Assembly: GCA_049299095.1 (NCBI GenBank)
Contig: JBAQWV010000143.1
Coordinates: forward strand, 25,000 to 88,999
DNA from: Anaerolineae bacterium
Lineage (GTDB): Bacteria > Chloroflexota > Anaerolineae > JAAEKA01
Reading direction: 5' to 3'
DNA length: 64,000 bases
Shown: positions 19,826 to 29,214 of the stretch, one piece after another
Layout of the letters: every line of letters starts with the position of its first letter
How positions within the stretch are numbered: position 1 is the stretch's first letter
Notes under the pieces: model-generated
The model's database searches: none
Seen by the model: only the letters and a program-made list of their open reading frames with translations
What the model was told of the DNA's origin: nothing
Made by a program: the position numbers and the translations under genes

Positions 19826-19858
19826 AAAAAGCCTCTGCCACCCTGCAGAGGCTTTTTA
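19826..19858 (+). terminator. Intrinsic (bidirectional-looking) terminator after the ferredoxin pair
   Basis: aaaaa gcctctgc caccc tgcagaggc ttttt: 8-bp GC stem flanked by A-run and T-run. Confidence 0.7.
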
Positions 19859-19900
19859 CTACGCATATCAAGAAAAGCAACGACAAAAGGAGACCCGCCG

Positions 19901-22093
19901 ATGAAAGAAATCTTAGTCCTCCACCTGGACGATGGCGAAAGCAACGAAGTCGTTACCTTTCTCAACCAGCAGGTACACATCCACCGGATCGGCTGCCACG
20001 GCGATGCCGAACAGGTGCGCGCCCTGATCGCAGAATACGATGGCCTGGTAGACGCTATCGGGCTGGAAGGCTACCCTGCTGAGTTGGAATTGGGCGGCGT
20101 GCGCGTCGCACACGAAACAGGTGCCACCCTGGCTCAAGCAGCCCAGAATACGCCAGTTGTAGATGGCGGTGGCATTCGACCCGGTTTGGAACGTTGGGGC
20201 GTGATCCTGGCCGACCGCGCCCAGCCGGGCATTTTTGCCCAAAAGCGTATCCTGCTGGCTCCGGGGCTAAACCACGGCGGGCTGGGGCAGGCTTTACACC
20301 GTCGCACCCCGTATTTGAGCTATGGCGACCCGGAGATTTTCTTTGACTTGCCCGATTTCCCCGGTGTCACCAGTCAGCGCGCACTGGAGCAGGCCGTGCG
20401 CCCCACCCTCGACACGCTCAAAAGCGCGCCATTCCGCCGCTTGCAACCGCAAGCTGGCGCGCCTGGCAAGCAGCGTTCCCCCGCCCGCTTCGAATGGGCC
20501 GACGTCATTGTAGGCGACATCGGCGCAATCCGCCGCTATGCGCCCATGCAGTTGGCGCACAAGACCATCGCGGTGGAATGGGCCACAGAAGAGGATGTGG
20601 ACGATCTGCGCCGCCGCGGCGCTGCCATTCTGGTCACCATGATGCCATCGCTGGAAGGCAGCAACGGACTGGGTCGCTGGTCCGCGGCCACGGTCGAAGC
20701 CGCCCTGGTGGCCTTGCGCACGCATCCGGAAATGCCGCTCACCGAGGACACCTATCTCGACTTGATGGCTGACATCCAGTGGACGCCCCACGTACGCTAC
20801 TTACAGCCGGACGAAGCAGGCATCAACCGCTTTGCCTTTGTCATCCACCCGCTCAACGTCAAGTTTATTCACAACAGTCCCCAGTTCCGCTGGACCAAAT
20901 ACCTGCCCGACGATCTCGTAGAGCGGTTCGCGGCCTACATGCAGCCAATGTACATCTCGCGCATCACCGGCGGCCAGTCACCAACCACCGGCCAGCGCAT
21001 CGAAGGCACATTGATCACCCTTGGCGCCACCCCGCGCCAGATGATGCAGCGCGGCGAGCGGTTCACCTATGACCGGCTGAATAAGGCCGCACGCATTGCC
21101 GAGCGCAAGGGTGCACGCATCATGGGCCTGGGCGCGTTCACCTCGGTGGTGGGCGACGCAGGCATCACCGTGGCGCACGAAGCCGACATCGCCATCACCA
21201 GCGGCAACAGCCTGACCGTGGCGATGACACTGGAAGCCGCCAAAAAGGCAGTGATTTTGATGGGGGCAACCGACCTGACCCAGGGCAAGGCGATGATCGT
21301 TGGCGCGACCGGCTCCATCGCGTCGGTGTGCGCCCGCCTGATTGCGCAAGCCATCGGCAACGTGGTGCTGGTCTCCATCGAACCGGAGAAGCTGATCGAG
21401 CTAAAACGCACCATCCAGAAGGAAACACCCGGCTGCGAAGTAACGATTGCCACCAAAGCGGGCGACCTGCTCGGCGATTGCGATCTGATCATCACCGCCA
21501 CATCGGCCTTTGGGCAGCGCGTAATTGACATTACCAAGTGCAAGCCGGGCGCAGTAATCTGTGACGTGGCGCGTCCCCCCGACATCAACGCGGCCGAGGC
21601 GGCGTTGCGCCCCGATGTACTGGTGATCGAAAGCGGCGAAGTATTGATTCCCGGCGACATTGATTTTGGCTACGACATTGGTCTGCCGCCCAAGACCTCC
21701 TACGCCTGTCTGGCGGAAACCGCGCTGCTGGCCATGGAAGGTCGCTTCGAGGATTACACGCTGGGCCGCAACATCACAATGGATCGCGTCAAAGAAATCT
21801 ACAAGATGTCGCTCAAGCACGACTTCAAGCTGGCCGGGCTGCGCTTTGGTGAACAGTACATCACCGATGAAGACATTGCAGCCAAGCGCGCTCTGGCCGA
21901 TCAATATCGCCATGACCCCGATTTGTTCGCCCGCGTGCAGGCCGAAGCCACCCAAAGGCTGATGGCTATTCCGGTAATGTCCAAGGGCGTGTCAAATTCC
22001 AGTAATTCACGCCTGCCCATGGCCGCGGCCGCGGCTGGTGCCGGTTTGGCAGTGTTAGCACTGGGCCGTAAACTGAGCAAGCGCGGCAAATAG
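19901..22093 (+). CDS. Fusion protein: N-terminal ~300-aa unknown domain, C-terminal acyl-ACP reductase (AAR)-like NAD(P)-binding reductase domain, C-terminal hydrophobic tail
   Basis: C-terminal half aligns by eye with cyanobacterial AAR: [11 protein letters not shown] ~ [19 protein letters not shown] ~ [28 protein letters not shown] ~ [46 protein letters not shown] ~ [35 protein letters not shown] RBS before ATG 19901. Confidence 0.5.
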   Translation: MKEILVLHLDDGESNEVVTFLNQQVHIHRIGCHGDAEQVRALIAEYDGLVDAIGLEGYPAELELGGVRVAHETGATLAQAAQNTPVVDGGGIRPGLERWGVILADRAQPGIFAQKRILLAPGLNHGGLGQALHRRTPYLSYGDPEIFFDLPDFPGVTSQRALEQAVRPTLDTLKSAPFRRLQPQAGAPGKQRSPARFEWADVIVGDIGAIRRYAPMQLAHKTIAVEWATEEDVDDLRRRGAAILVTMMPSLEGSNGLGRWSAATVEAALVALRTHPEMPLTEDTYLDLMADIQWTPHVRYLQPDEAGINRFAFVIHPLNVKFIHNSPQFRWTKYLPDDLVERFAAYMQPMYISRITGGQSPTTGQRIEGTLITLGATPRQMMQRGERFTYDRLNKAARIAERKGARIMGLGAFTSVVGDAGITVAHEADIAITSGNSLTVAMTLEAAKKAVILMGATDLTQGKAMIVGATGSIASVCARLIAQAIGNVVLVSIEPEKLIELKRTIQKETPGCEVTIATKAGDLLGDCDLIITATSAFGQRVIDITKCKPGAVICDVARPPDINAAEAALRPDVLVIESGEVLIPGDIDFGYDIGLPPKTSYACLAETALLAMEGRFEDYTLGRNITMDRVKEIYKMSLKHDFKLAGLRFGEQYITDEDIAAKRALADQYRHDPDLFARVQAEATQRLMAIPVMSKGVSNSSNSRLPMAAAAAGAGLAVLALGRKLSKRGK

Positions 22094-22124
22094 CTCTCAG
22101 AGGCTGTTTCGAAAATCGAAATTT

Positions 22125-22170
22125 GAATTCGGAAAAGGTAACGTGTCCGTATCACCAGCCATTTCCGAAT
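22125..22170. repeat. Short palindromic element with 11-bp terminal inverted repeats (GAATTCGGAAA core)
   Basis: gaattcggaaa (22125-22135) ... tttccgaattc (22160-22170). Same core as the elements at 62308-62393 and 5294-5330. Confidence 0.5.
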
Positions 22171-22338
22171 TCTTCTTTCGTTCCAACAGCCCTTTATTTG
22201 CTAAAGTCTGATCCTCTGTAAGACTTAGGAAGCACCAATACTGAAATCGCCCGCGAAATCCTGTATTCTATACATGGATTGAGATGAGGCGTTAGGTGAG
22301 CTTCCGAGGATGTGGACGATAGTGGGTGTGTGGAGTTG

Positions 22339-22363
22339 AAGCCGTCCCTTGGGACGGCTTCAA
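22339..22363. other. Perfect GC-rich stem-loop in ORF-free spacer
   Basis: gaagccgtccc ttg ggacggcttc (11-bp perfect stem). No T-run on either strand. Confidence 0.4.
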
Positions 22364-22390
22364 CGCGTCTGGCGCTGAAAACGAGCATCT

Positions 22391-22825
22391 ATGAGCCGAG
22401 AATACCCTGAATTTCCCCGTGTCGGTGTGGCCGCGGTCGTTATACGTGACGACGAGGTGTTGCTGGTGCAGCGCGGCAGACCCCCCGCGCAGGGTTTGTG
22501 GGGGCTGCCCGGCGGCGCGCTAGAACTGGGTGAAACGGTGCTGAACGGCGTGCGCCGCGAAGTGCGCGAAGAAACCGGCCTTGAAATCAGCGTTGGCCCG
22601 TTGGTGGCTGTATTCGAGCCAATGGAGCGCGACGCCGCGGGCCGACTGCGTTTTCATTACGTGGTGCTGGACTATCTGGCGACGCCTGTGAGCGGTGAGC
22701 TGCGCGCGGGCGACGATGCAGCCGCGGCGCGCTGGGTACGGCTGAATACGCTGGCAGAACTGCCCATGCTGGCAGAAACGCAGCAAGTCATTCGCCGTGC
22801 ATGGGAGATGAAACGGGCAGAATGA
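22391..22825 (+). CDS. NUDIX hydrolase
   Basis: NUDIX box GLWGLPGGALELGETVLNGVRREVREETGLE (GX5EX7REUXEEXGU). Confidence 0.8.
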   Translation: MSREYPEFPRVGVAAVVIRDDEVLLVQRGRPPAQGLWGLPGGALELGETVLNGVRREVREETGLEISVGPLVAVFEPMERDAAGRLRFHYVVLDYLATPVSGELRAGDDAAAARWVRLNTLAELPMLAETQQVIRRAWEMKRAE

Positions 22826-22862
22826 AGCCTAAAGCTCGAAGTGCCCGCGTTCCCCTGGTCTT

Positions 22863-24068
22863 TCATACCGTTTGTGCCAGAACGTCCTTCAACGCCTGTT
22901 CGATCTCGTTGACACGCTGATGCCAGGTGTTTTGTGCGGCCACCGCCTGCCGCGCAGCAACCAGCGTCGGATCGTTGGCTTCGCGCAGCGCGGCATCGAT
23001 CTGCTCCACCCACGTCGCGACCGTGGCATCGGCCATGCGCACTACGTCCGCATGCGCTTCAGCTGCGGGTACGCGCGCACTGACCACCGGCCTGCCCGCG
23101 GCCAGGTATTCGTACAGCTTCAGCGAGCTGATCGCGCGCGTTTCGTCGGTCACTCGGTACGGAATCAAACCAACCGCCAGACTGGCAACAAAATCCGGCA
23201 CAGCCTCCACCGGCAACAAACCCCGAAAGAGCACATTGGGGAGCGCCTTCAGCGCAGCTAACTCTTCGGCTACCCCGACATCCCATTCACTACCTGCAAA
23301 TTCAAACAACCAGTCTGGCCGCGCCATTGCCAGCTCGCGCAGCAAGGGCAAGTCCAGCCGCGCACTGACGTGTCCACTGTAGCCCAATCGTGGCACAGCA
23401 GGCCGCGGGGCCGTCATGGCCGCGCGCTGAAACGCGGTGACATCCACGCCGTTGGCGACCAAAACGCTGTGCCGTGCCGCTGGCCCCTTGATCTCCAGCA
23501 AGCGTGGTGCGGTAACCAGGGTCAGATCGGCCGCGGCCAGCAGGCCGCGTTCTTCTACCAGCAGCGCAGCGCGTGCTGCATCGTCCAAATGTGCGAACGC
23601 GGCGTAGTCATCGGTGATGTGATAGACCAGCAGGCGGTGCGGTATGGCTTGCGCAGCCCATTGCCAGCGTGCCGGGCGGTACAGCCACAGCACCGGATCG
23701 GTAAAATTGAGCGTGCGCAGCGTGTGTCGCAGATGCCATGCCAGACCGCGGTCGCTGGTCTGGTCAAACCGGTCGCCGGTGGCCCGGGTGGGCAACAGCG
23801 CAGGGATGCGATACAGCGCCAGATTGGGACGTTCCTGCACCAACGCGGGGCCACGTACCTGCGCAGGTGCGACGCGCCCGCGCCGCCAGTCGGCCAGGCT
23901 AGCCCGCGCCGGTTCCACGTACAGCACGCGGTGCTGCCGGGCGGCCAGGCGGCTGAAAATCTGCTGCCGATTACGCCACAGGTCATGCCAGGGATTGGGG
24001 GCAAAGACAACAAAATTCATAGATCGAAGGGACTTGTCGCTGGGGAAGTATGCTAGTCTGTTTTTCAA
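22863..24068 (-). CDS. Glycosyltransferase family 1 (GT4-like)
   Basis: GT-B fold, GT4-type C-terminal region (…LYEYLAAGRPVVS…). 4-nt overlap with the upstream GT gene. True start may be the internal MNFVVFAPNPW. Confidence 0.6.
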   Translation of the reverse strand: MKNRLAYFPSDKSLRSMNFVVFAPNPWHDLWRNRQQIFSRLAARQHRVLYVEPARASLADWRRGRVAPAQVRGPALVQERPNLALYRIPALLPTRATGDRFDQTSDRGLAWHLRHTLRTLNFTDPVLWLYRPARWQWAAQAIPHRLLVYHITDDYAAFAHLDDAARAALLVEERGLLAAADLTLVTAPRLLEIKGPAARHSVLVANGVDVTAFQRAAMTAPRPAVPRLGYSGHVSARLDLPLLRELAMARPDWLFEFAGSEWDVGVAEELAALKALPNVLFRGLLPVEAVPDFVASLAVGLIPYRVTDETRAISSLKLYEYLAAGRPVVSARVPAAEAHADVVRMADATVATWVEQIDAALREANDPTLVAARQAVAAQNTWHQRVNEIEQALKDVLAQTV

Positions 24069-25228
24069 GCGGCTTTTAGCACCTGCCGGTAGAGCGCGGC
24101 CATCTGCTGGCCGGTGCGTTGCCAGCTAAATTGATCCACCCAGGCCAGGATGGCGGCGCGCTGGCTGGGCCAGTTGATCGTCGCGGCTTGCTGCAACGCG
24201 TCGGCCAGGCCATTGGGTGCGGCAGGATCGTACAACAAACCCAGGAAGGGCGCGTCGGCCAGTGGCTCGGTAAAGGCAGGCAGCGCAGGTGCGATAATCG
24301 GCTTGCCGAAGCTCCATGCCAACATGGCTGCGCCGCTGGTGGTGATTTGGCGATAGGGCAGCACCACGGCATCCGCCGCGTTCATCCATAACTGCACATC
24401 GTCGTTTGGTACAAACTGCGGATGCCAGCGCACGCGCGGGTCGTTGCTCACCTGCACAGCCAGCCGCGCGGCGAAATCGTTGGGCCGCGGCCGTCCGGCT
24501 ACCAGCAGCGTGGCCTGAGAATCGGACAAGCGGCGAAACGCGGGCAGCAACTCCTCCAGCCCTTTGTACGGACGCAGCAACCCGAAAAACAAAAACGTCG
24601 GGCTAGCGGAATCGTCCACCGCGCGCAGATGCAGTGCGCGGCGGGCATCGGTGCCGCTCACGGTGTTGGCATAGGCCGCGCGGTAGTTGACATGCGGGAT
24701 TACGGCCACCGGGGTGGGTGCATTGGATAGGCGACGGCGCATCTCGTCGGCCAGTGCGCGGCTGTGGACGTGTACCGCGTCCACCTCGTGCAGCAGGCGC
24801 TGCAAGGCCGCGGCTTCCACGGCTGCGCCCTCGCCCTCGTGCTGGCCCAGGTTATGCACGGTGTACAGCACCCGGCCGCCGCGCGCCCGATATTCAGCGA
24901 GCGCGGCAAAGAACTGATCGAGAAAGCGTTGTCGGCGGTGGTCGGTATGGGCGGCGCTGTTCAGGGCGGGTTCCAGCCAGCGGCGCAGGCCGCGGCCCGG
25001 CGCGCCCCAGCGGCTTAGCTGCGCCAGGCTGGTGTAGGCCGGTTTACCCCACAGCTCCAGCCAGTGCAGGTGCAACAGATCAGCCGCGCCCGCGGGCGCG
25101 GGCAGCGCACCATCGCCGGGCTGATCCAGCAAGGTGACGGCGATCCCCTCGGCGGCGAGGCCGCGACACAGTAGGTCAATGTAGGGGTTGGCGTCGCGCG
25201 CGGCCGCGGAAAGCATGGCGGTGTGCAT
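24065..25228 (-). CDS. Glycosyltransferase family 1 (GT4-like)
   Basis: GT4-type conserved region PSQRAAILAWVDQFSWQRTGQQMAALYRQVLKAA. Start trimmed to ATG 25228-25226 (MHTAMLSAA...), 1 nt after the Lon-like stop. The ORF-track extension to 25519 overlaps the Lon-like CDS. Confidence 0.6.
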   Translation of the reverse strand: MHTAMLSAAARDANPYIDLLCRGLAAEGIAVTLLDQPGDGALPAPAGAADLLHLHWLELWGKPAYTSLAQLSRWGAPGRGLRRWLEPALNSAAHTDHRRQRFLDQFFAALAEYRARGGRVLYTVHNLGQHEGEGAAVEAAALQRLLHEVDAVHVHSRALADEMRRRLSNAPTPVAVIPHVNYRAAYANTVSGTDARRALHLRAVDDSASPTFLFFGLLRPYKGLEELLPAFRRLSDSQATLLVAGRPRPNDFAARLAVQVSNDPRVRWHPQFVPNDDVQLWMNAADAVVLPYRQITTSGAAMLAWSFGKPIIAPALPAFTEPLADAPFLGLLYDPAAPNGLADALQQAATINWPSQRAAILAWVDQFSWQRTGQQMAALYRQVLKAA

Positions 25229-25229
25229 A

Positions 25230-27860
25230 TCAGCCTGGCCTGGCCTCATCGCCCGGCAGTTCCGGCGCATCTTCCGGGTCGCTGGGATCGTCGCCCGGCA
25301 ATTCCGGTTCGCTGTCCGGGTTTTCCGGCCTGTCCCCCGGCAAAATCGGCTCTTCCGGCGCGGGCGCTTCCTCGTCGCGGTCATTCTCGGCCCGGCTGGC
25401 GCTGCTTTCCTTGCTTGTTGCAGTCTTGCCGAAGTTGCGCAGGCGCAAAGCCAGGCGGGTGAGGGCATCGTCCACGCGACGGTTGAGGCTGCCGTCAGGA
25501 TAATGCCCCTCCGCGTCACGCTCGCCCGCGGGCACGCCGGTCAGCACGGTGATGCCTTCATCCACGGTGGTGACGGGGTAAATGTGGAACTGGCCTGCGG
25601 CGACCGCATTGATCACATCCTCGCGCAGCATCAGCGTCGGCACGTTGGCCGCGGGCAAGAGCACGCCCTGCTCGCCGGTCAGTCCTTTGGCCGCGCAAAC
25701 ATCGAAAAAGCCCTCGATTTTGGCTGTGGCCCCGCCGATGGCCTGGATTTCGCCGTGCTGATTGACGGAACCAGTGACCGCGATGCCCTGGCGGATGGGG
25801 GCTTGCGCCAGCGCGGAGAGAAGCGCGTACAGCTCGCTGCTGCTGGCGCTGTCGCCGTCCACACCGTCATAGCTTTGCTCGAAGGTGAGGGTGGCGGTCA
25901 GGCTGAGCGGTTTGTTTTGCGCGTAACGCCCGCCGAGAAAGCCGGTCAGGATCAACATGCCCTTGTCGTGGGTCTTGCCGCTGAGCTTGGCCTCGCGCTC
26001 GACGTTGACGACGCCCGACTGGCCAAGGTAGACTTTGGCGGTGATGCGGGTGGGCTTGCCGAACATGGTGTCGCCCAACGACAGCACTGCCAGGCCGTTG
26101 ACCTGACCGATGCGCTGGCCGGTGACGTCAATCATTACGAGGTTGTTGACGATGGACTCGCGCACGCGCTCTTCGACGAGGCCAGAACGGTAGCGGCGCT
26201 CGTTGATGGCGCGCTGCACATCGTTGCCGGTGACCATCCGCGGGGTCGCGTCGGCATTGCCGCGGCTGGCGTTGGCCCAGTAGGCAGCTTCGCGGATAAT
26301 GTCGGCCACGTCGGCAAAGCGAGTGGTCAGTTTGTTTTGATCTTCCACCAGCCGCCCGCTGTATTCGACGATCTTGGCGACGCCGCCAGGGTCAAACGGG
26401 GGCAGGGCTTCTTCGGTGCAGCGGGTGTGAATGAAGCGGGCGATCTTGAGGACGTTGTCATCGGTCCAGTTCATCTGGCCAGTAAAGTCGGCGCGTACCT
26501 TGAACAGCTTTTGGAACTCTTCGTCGTAGGCGTAGAGCCAGTAATAGGTATAAGGGTCACCGATCAGGATCACCTTGACGTTGAGCGGGATGGCTTCGGG
26601 GTCGAGGCTGGCGGTGGCGATCATGCTGTATTGTGCGCTTAGCTCTTCGATGTGGACTTGCTGATGCCGCAGTGCGCGCTTGAGTGCGTCGAAGGAAAGT
26701 TGTTGGCGCACGATGGCGCGGGCGTCCACGACGAGATAGCCGCCGTTGGCTTGCAGCAGCGAACCGGCTTTGATCAGGCTGTAGTCGGAGACAACTGTGC
26801 CGAACTGCGCTTCCTGCTCGACGCGGCCAATCAGGTTGTAGTAAGTAGGGTTGGTTTCGACGACGACCGGCGCGCCGGTTTCGTTGCTGTGATCCACCAC
26901 GACGTTGATGCGGTAATGCTCGAACAGCGATTCGGGTGGGCCGAGCAGCAGCGCGGGCGACATGCTGGCTTTGTCTTCTTCGTCGCCCGGTGCATCCACG
27001 CCGAGCTTGTAGCGATCTACGTGCTCGGCGATGTGGGTCTGCACTTGCTGCAAGTATTCGACCACTTCGTCCCAAGCCGCGTAGTCGGTGAGTAGGGGGG
27101 TGAAGAGCGGCTGGATGGCGGCTGTGGCAAGCTCGCGGTCAAGGTTTTGCAGGCGTACGTTGGTTTCGTCTTGCAGGGTGCGCAATGAACGCAAGGAGCG
27201 TTCCAGTTCGTCGCTCAACTCTGGTTCGCGGGCTTCCAGCACCTGCTGTTCGGCCACCGGCAACTGGTTGAATTGTTCCTGGGTCGCGGCTTTGCCATCA
27301 ATCAACGGCGCAAAAAGCAAGCCGGTTGCTGTTTGTACCAACGCGAAGCCCCGCTCCAGGGCAAAGGCGTTGATATGGTCGTTGATTTCCTGCCGGCGCT
27401 GTTCGATTTCTTTCACGACCGCTTTGCGGTGTTCATCGTATGCTTCGCTCTCAAAGCTGCGCGGCAGCAGTTCTTCCAGTGTAATCAGCACAGCATCCAG
27501 CTTGTCACGCAACATGCGGCCACCGCCCGGGGGTAACCGCAGCGCCTGTGGGCTGTCAGGCTGTTGGAAGTTATTGACGTAGCCCCAGTCGTTGGGAACC
27601 GGGCGGGTAGCGGCTTTGCGTTGCAGGTATTTGGCGATGGTAGTGGTTTTGCCTGCGCCACCCGGCCCAAGCGCAAAGATATTGTAGCCGTAGGAGGGCA
27701 TGTCCAGGCCAAATTCAATGGCGCGGGTGGCGCGCTCTTGACCGATGATTTCGTTCAGTTGCTCCAGCTCGTCGGTAGACTGGAAAGGCAGTTGTGCGGG
27801 GTTGCAGACGTGACGCAGTTGATCTGCTGTCAGCTCGCGCGGGGGAATGGTACTGGGCAT
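25230..27860 (-). CDS. Lon-like ATP-dependent protease (AAA+ N-terminal, S16 Lon_C protease domain; lon-related family) with acidic PELPGD-repeat tail
   Basis: Walker A GPGGAGKTT. Lon_C Ser-Lys region GDSASSSELYALLSALAQAPIRQGIAVTGSVNQHGEIQAIGGATAKIEG. No Lon N-terminal (LAN) domain. C-terminus PILPGDRPENPDSEPELPGDDPSDPEDAPELPGDEARPG. TGA stop at 25232-25230. Confidence 0.7.
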   Translation of the reverse strand: MPSTIPPRELTADQLRHVCNPAQLPFQSTDELEQLNEIIGQERATRAIEFGLDMPSYGYNIFALGPGGAGKTTTIAKYLQRKAATRPVPNDWGYVNNFQQPDSPQALRLPPGGGRMLRDKLDAVLITLEELLPRSFESEAYDEHRKAVVKEIEQRRQEINDHINAFALERGFALVQTATGLLFAPLIDGKAATQEQFNQLPVAEQQVLEAREPELSDELERSLRSLRTLQDETNVRLQNLDRELATAAIQPLFTPLLTDYAAWDEVVEYLQQVQTHIAEHVDRYKLGVDAPGDEEDKASMSPALLLGPPESLFEHYRINVVVDHSNETGAPVVVETNPTYYNLIGRVEQEAQFGTVVSDYSLIKAGSLLQANGGYLVVDARAIVRQQLSFDALKRALRHQQVHIEELSAQYSMIATASLDPEAIPLNVKVILIGDPYTYYWLYAYDEEFQKLFKVRADFTGQMNWTDDNVLKIARFIHTRCTEEALPPFDPGGVAKIVEYSGRLVEDQNKLTTRFADVADIIREAAYWANASRGNADATPRMVTGNDVQRAINERRYRSGLVEERVRESIVNNLVMIDVTGQRIGQVNGLAVLSLGDTMFGKPTRITAKVYLGQSGVVNVEREAKLSGKTHDKGMLILTGFLGGRYAQNKPLSLTATLTFEQSYDGVDGDSASSSELYALLSALAQAPIRQGIAVTGSVNQHGEIQAIGGATAKIEGFFDVCAAKGLTGEQGVLLPAANVPTLMLREDVINAVAAGQFHIYPVTTVDEGITVLTGVPAGERDAEGHYPDGSLNRRVDDALTRLALRLRNFGKTATSKESSASRAENDRDEEAPAPEEPILPGDRPENPDSEPELPGDDPSDPEDAPELPGDEARPG

Positions 27861-28020
27861 AACATTGCCTCGATGAGTGGAAGAAAAAAATGTACCGGCA
27901 GGACACGCCCCGGTGAAACGATTGTACCATACCCCCGGCTTTCTAAACGAGTTGTTGCATTGAAATGACTATGCTATAATCGCCGCACTCCTTCTTTGTG
28001 GGTCGTTCTGTTCTTTCGTA

Positions 28021-29187
28021 GTGGGAAACAATGCCGGTACGCATGTTTCTCTTCGATGCAAGGCGCATCTCCGCGTAATCATCATAGAAAGCAGTGATCC
28101 GTTGTTACCTCTACCTGCTTCACCCAACTCTGGTCAGCCCTTTTGGAAACGCATTAGTTTCATCAAGATTGGGCTGTTTATCCTAAGCCTGTTCCTATTC
28201 ATCCTGGCACTCACCTTGATGAAAGATGGCGCGCGCAGCCTGGCGCCGCTGGTGCGCGATTCGTTTCGGGTGACGAACCCGGCCAACAGCCTGGGGTTCG
28301 GTTGGATTTTTGCCTACGTGGTGATGAGTGGTTCCCCCGTGGCCGCGGCCGCGCTGACCTTTTTCGACGCCGGCGTTATCACCAAGCTGGAAACTTTTAC
28401 GATGATTACCGGCAGCCGCATGGGAGCCAGCTTCATCGTGTTGTTCATCGGCTTCATCTATGTATTGCGCGGGCGCAATCGCGTCACCAGCTTGAGCATG
28501 GGCTTGACTTCGTTGACAGTAACCTGGACTACGTACCTCGCGGGCCTGTTGATCGGTGTGACGATTCTACAAACCGGTGTATTGGACAGCGTGCAGCTTC
28601 AATCCGGTGCGGCACTGAACTCGGTGCTGGACTATATATTCGATCCAATTGCAGGATTTTTTAAAAGCTTTTTACCCGGCTGGGCCTTGTTTTTGGTTGG
28701 TATGGGCATTATTTTGGGCAGTTTCAACCTCTTTGACCGTTGTTTGCCGGAGATGTCCATCAAAGACGGTCAGGTGGGGCGTGTGTCGCGCCTTGTCTAT
28801 CGTCCGTGGGTGATGTTTCTGCTGGGCGCGGGCATCACCATGATTTCGATGTCTGTCAGCGTTTCCTTGAGCATCCTCGTGCCGCTCAGCAATCGTGGCT
28901 TTATCCGCCGCGAAAACGTGATCCCGTACATTATGGGCGCAAACATCACCACCTTTGTGGATACCCTGCTGGCTGCAGTGCTGCTGAACAATCCGGCGGC
29001 TTTCACCGTGGTATTAACCGAGATGACCAGTATTGCGCTGGTTTCCCTGGTAATCTTGTTGTTGTTTTATCGCTGGTTTGAACGCCTGTCGCTGGCGCTG
29101 GTGGCCAGAATAACCGAAAGTAATCGCAATCTGGCGATTTTCATGACCGTGCTGTTTGTAGTTCCCATCATCCTCCTGCTCATGTAA
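28021..29187 (+). CDS. Polytopic membrane protein, possibly Na/Pi-cotransporter-like family
   Basis: Multiple TM helices. GANITT motif (IMGANITTFVDTLLAAV) reminiscent of PF02690 repeats. Start uncertain (ORF may begin later). TGcTATAAT -10-like element at 27973-27981. Confidence 0.4.
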   Translation: MGNNAGTHVSLRCKAHLRVIIIESSDPLLPLPASPNSGQPFWKRISFIKIGLFILSLFLFILALTLMKDGARSLAPLVRDSFRVTNPANSLGFGWIFAYVVMSGSPVAAAALTFFDAGVITKLETFTMITGSRMGASFIVLFIGFIYVLRGRNRVTSLSMGLTSLTVTWTTYLAGLLIGVTILQTGVLDSVQLQSGAALNSVLDYIFDPIAGFFKSFLPGWALFLVGMGIILGSFNLFDRCLPEMSIKDGQVGRVSRLVYRPWVMFLLGAGITMISMSVSVSLSILVPLSNRGFIRRENVIPYIMGANITTFVDTLLAAVLLNNPAAFTVVLTEMTSIALVSLVILLLFYRWFERLSLALVARITESNRNLAIFMTVLFVVPIILLLM

Positions 29188-29214
29188 CGCGCATCGCAAA
29201 GGAGATTTTCCCCA

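Noticed and set aside
19901-20800. Shikimate/quinate dehydrogenase assignment for the 730-aa protein
   Set aside because: The GATGSIG Rossmann motif first suggested shikimate DH. Block-by-block similarity of the C-terminal half to acyl-ACP reductase is much more extensive. The N-terminal 300 aa remain unassigned.
25229-25519. N-terminal 97-aa extension of the upstream GT4 gene (ORF track 24065..25519)
   Set aside because: The extension overlaps the 3' end of the Lon-like CDS on the same strand and is Arg-rich nonsense. The GT starts at ATG 25228.
25188-26642. 484-aa plus-strand ORF overlapping the Lon-like gene
   Set aside because: It lies entirely antisense within a well-supported CDS with Walker A and Lon_C motifs. 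It has no motifs itself and Gly/Ala/Arg-rich composition typical of antisense frames in high-GC DNA.
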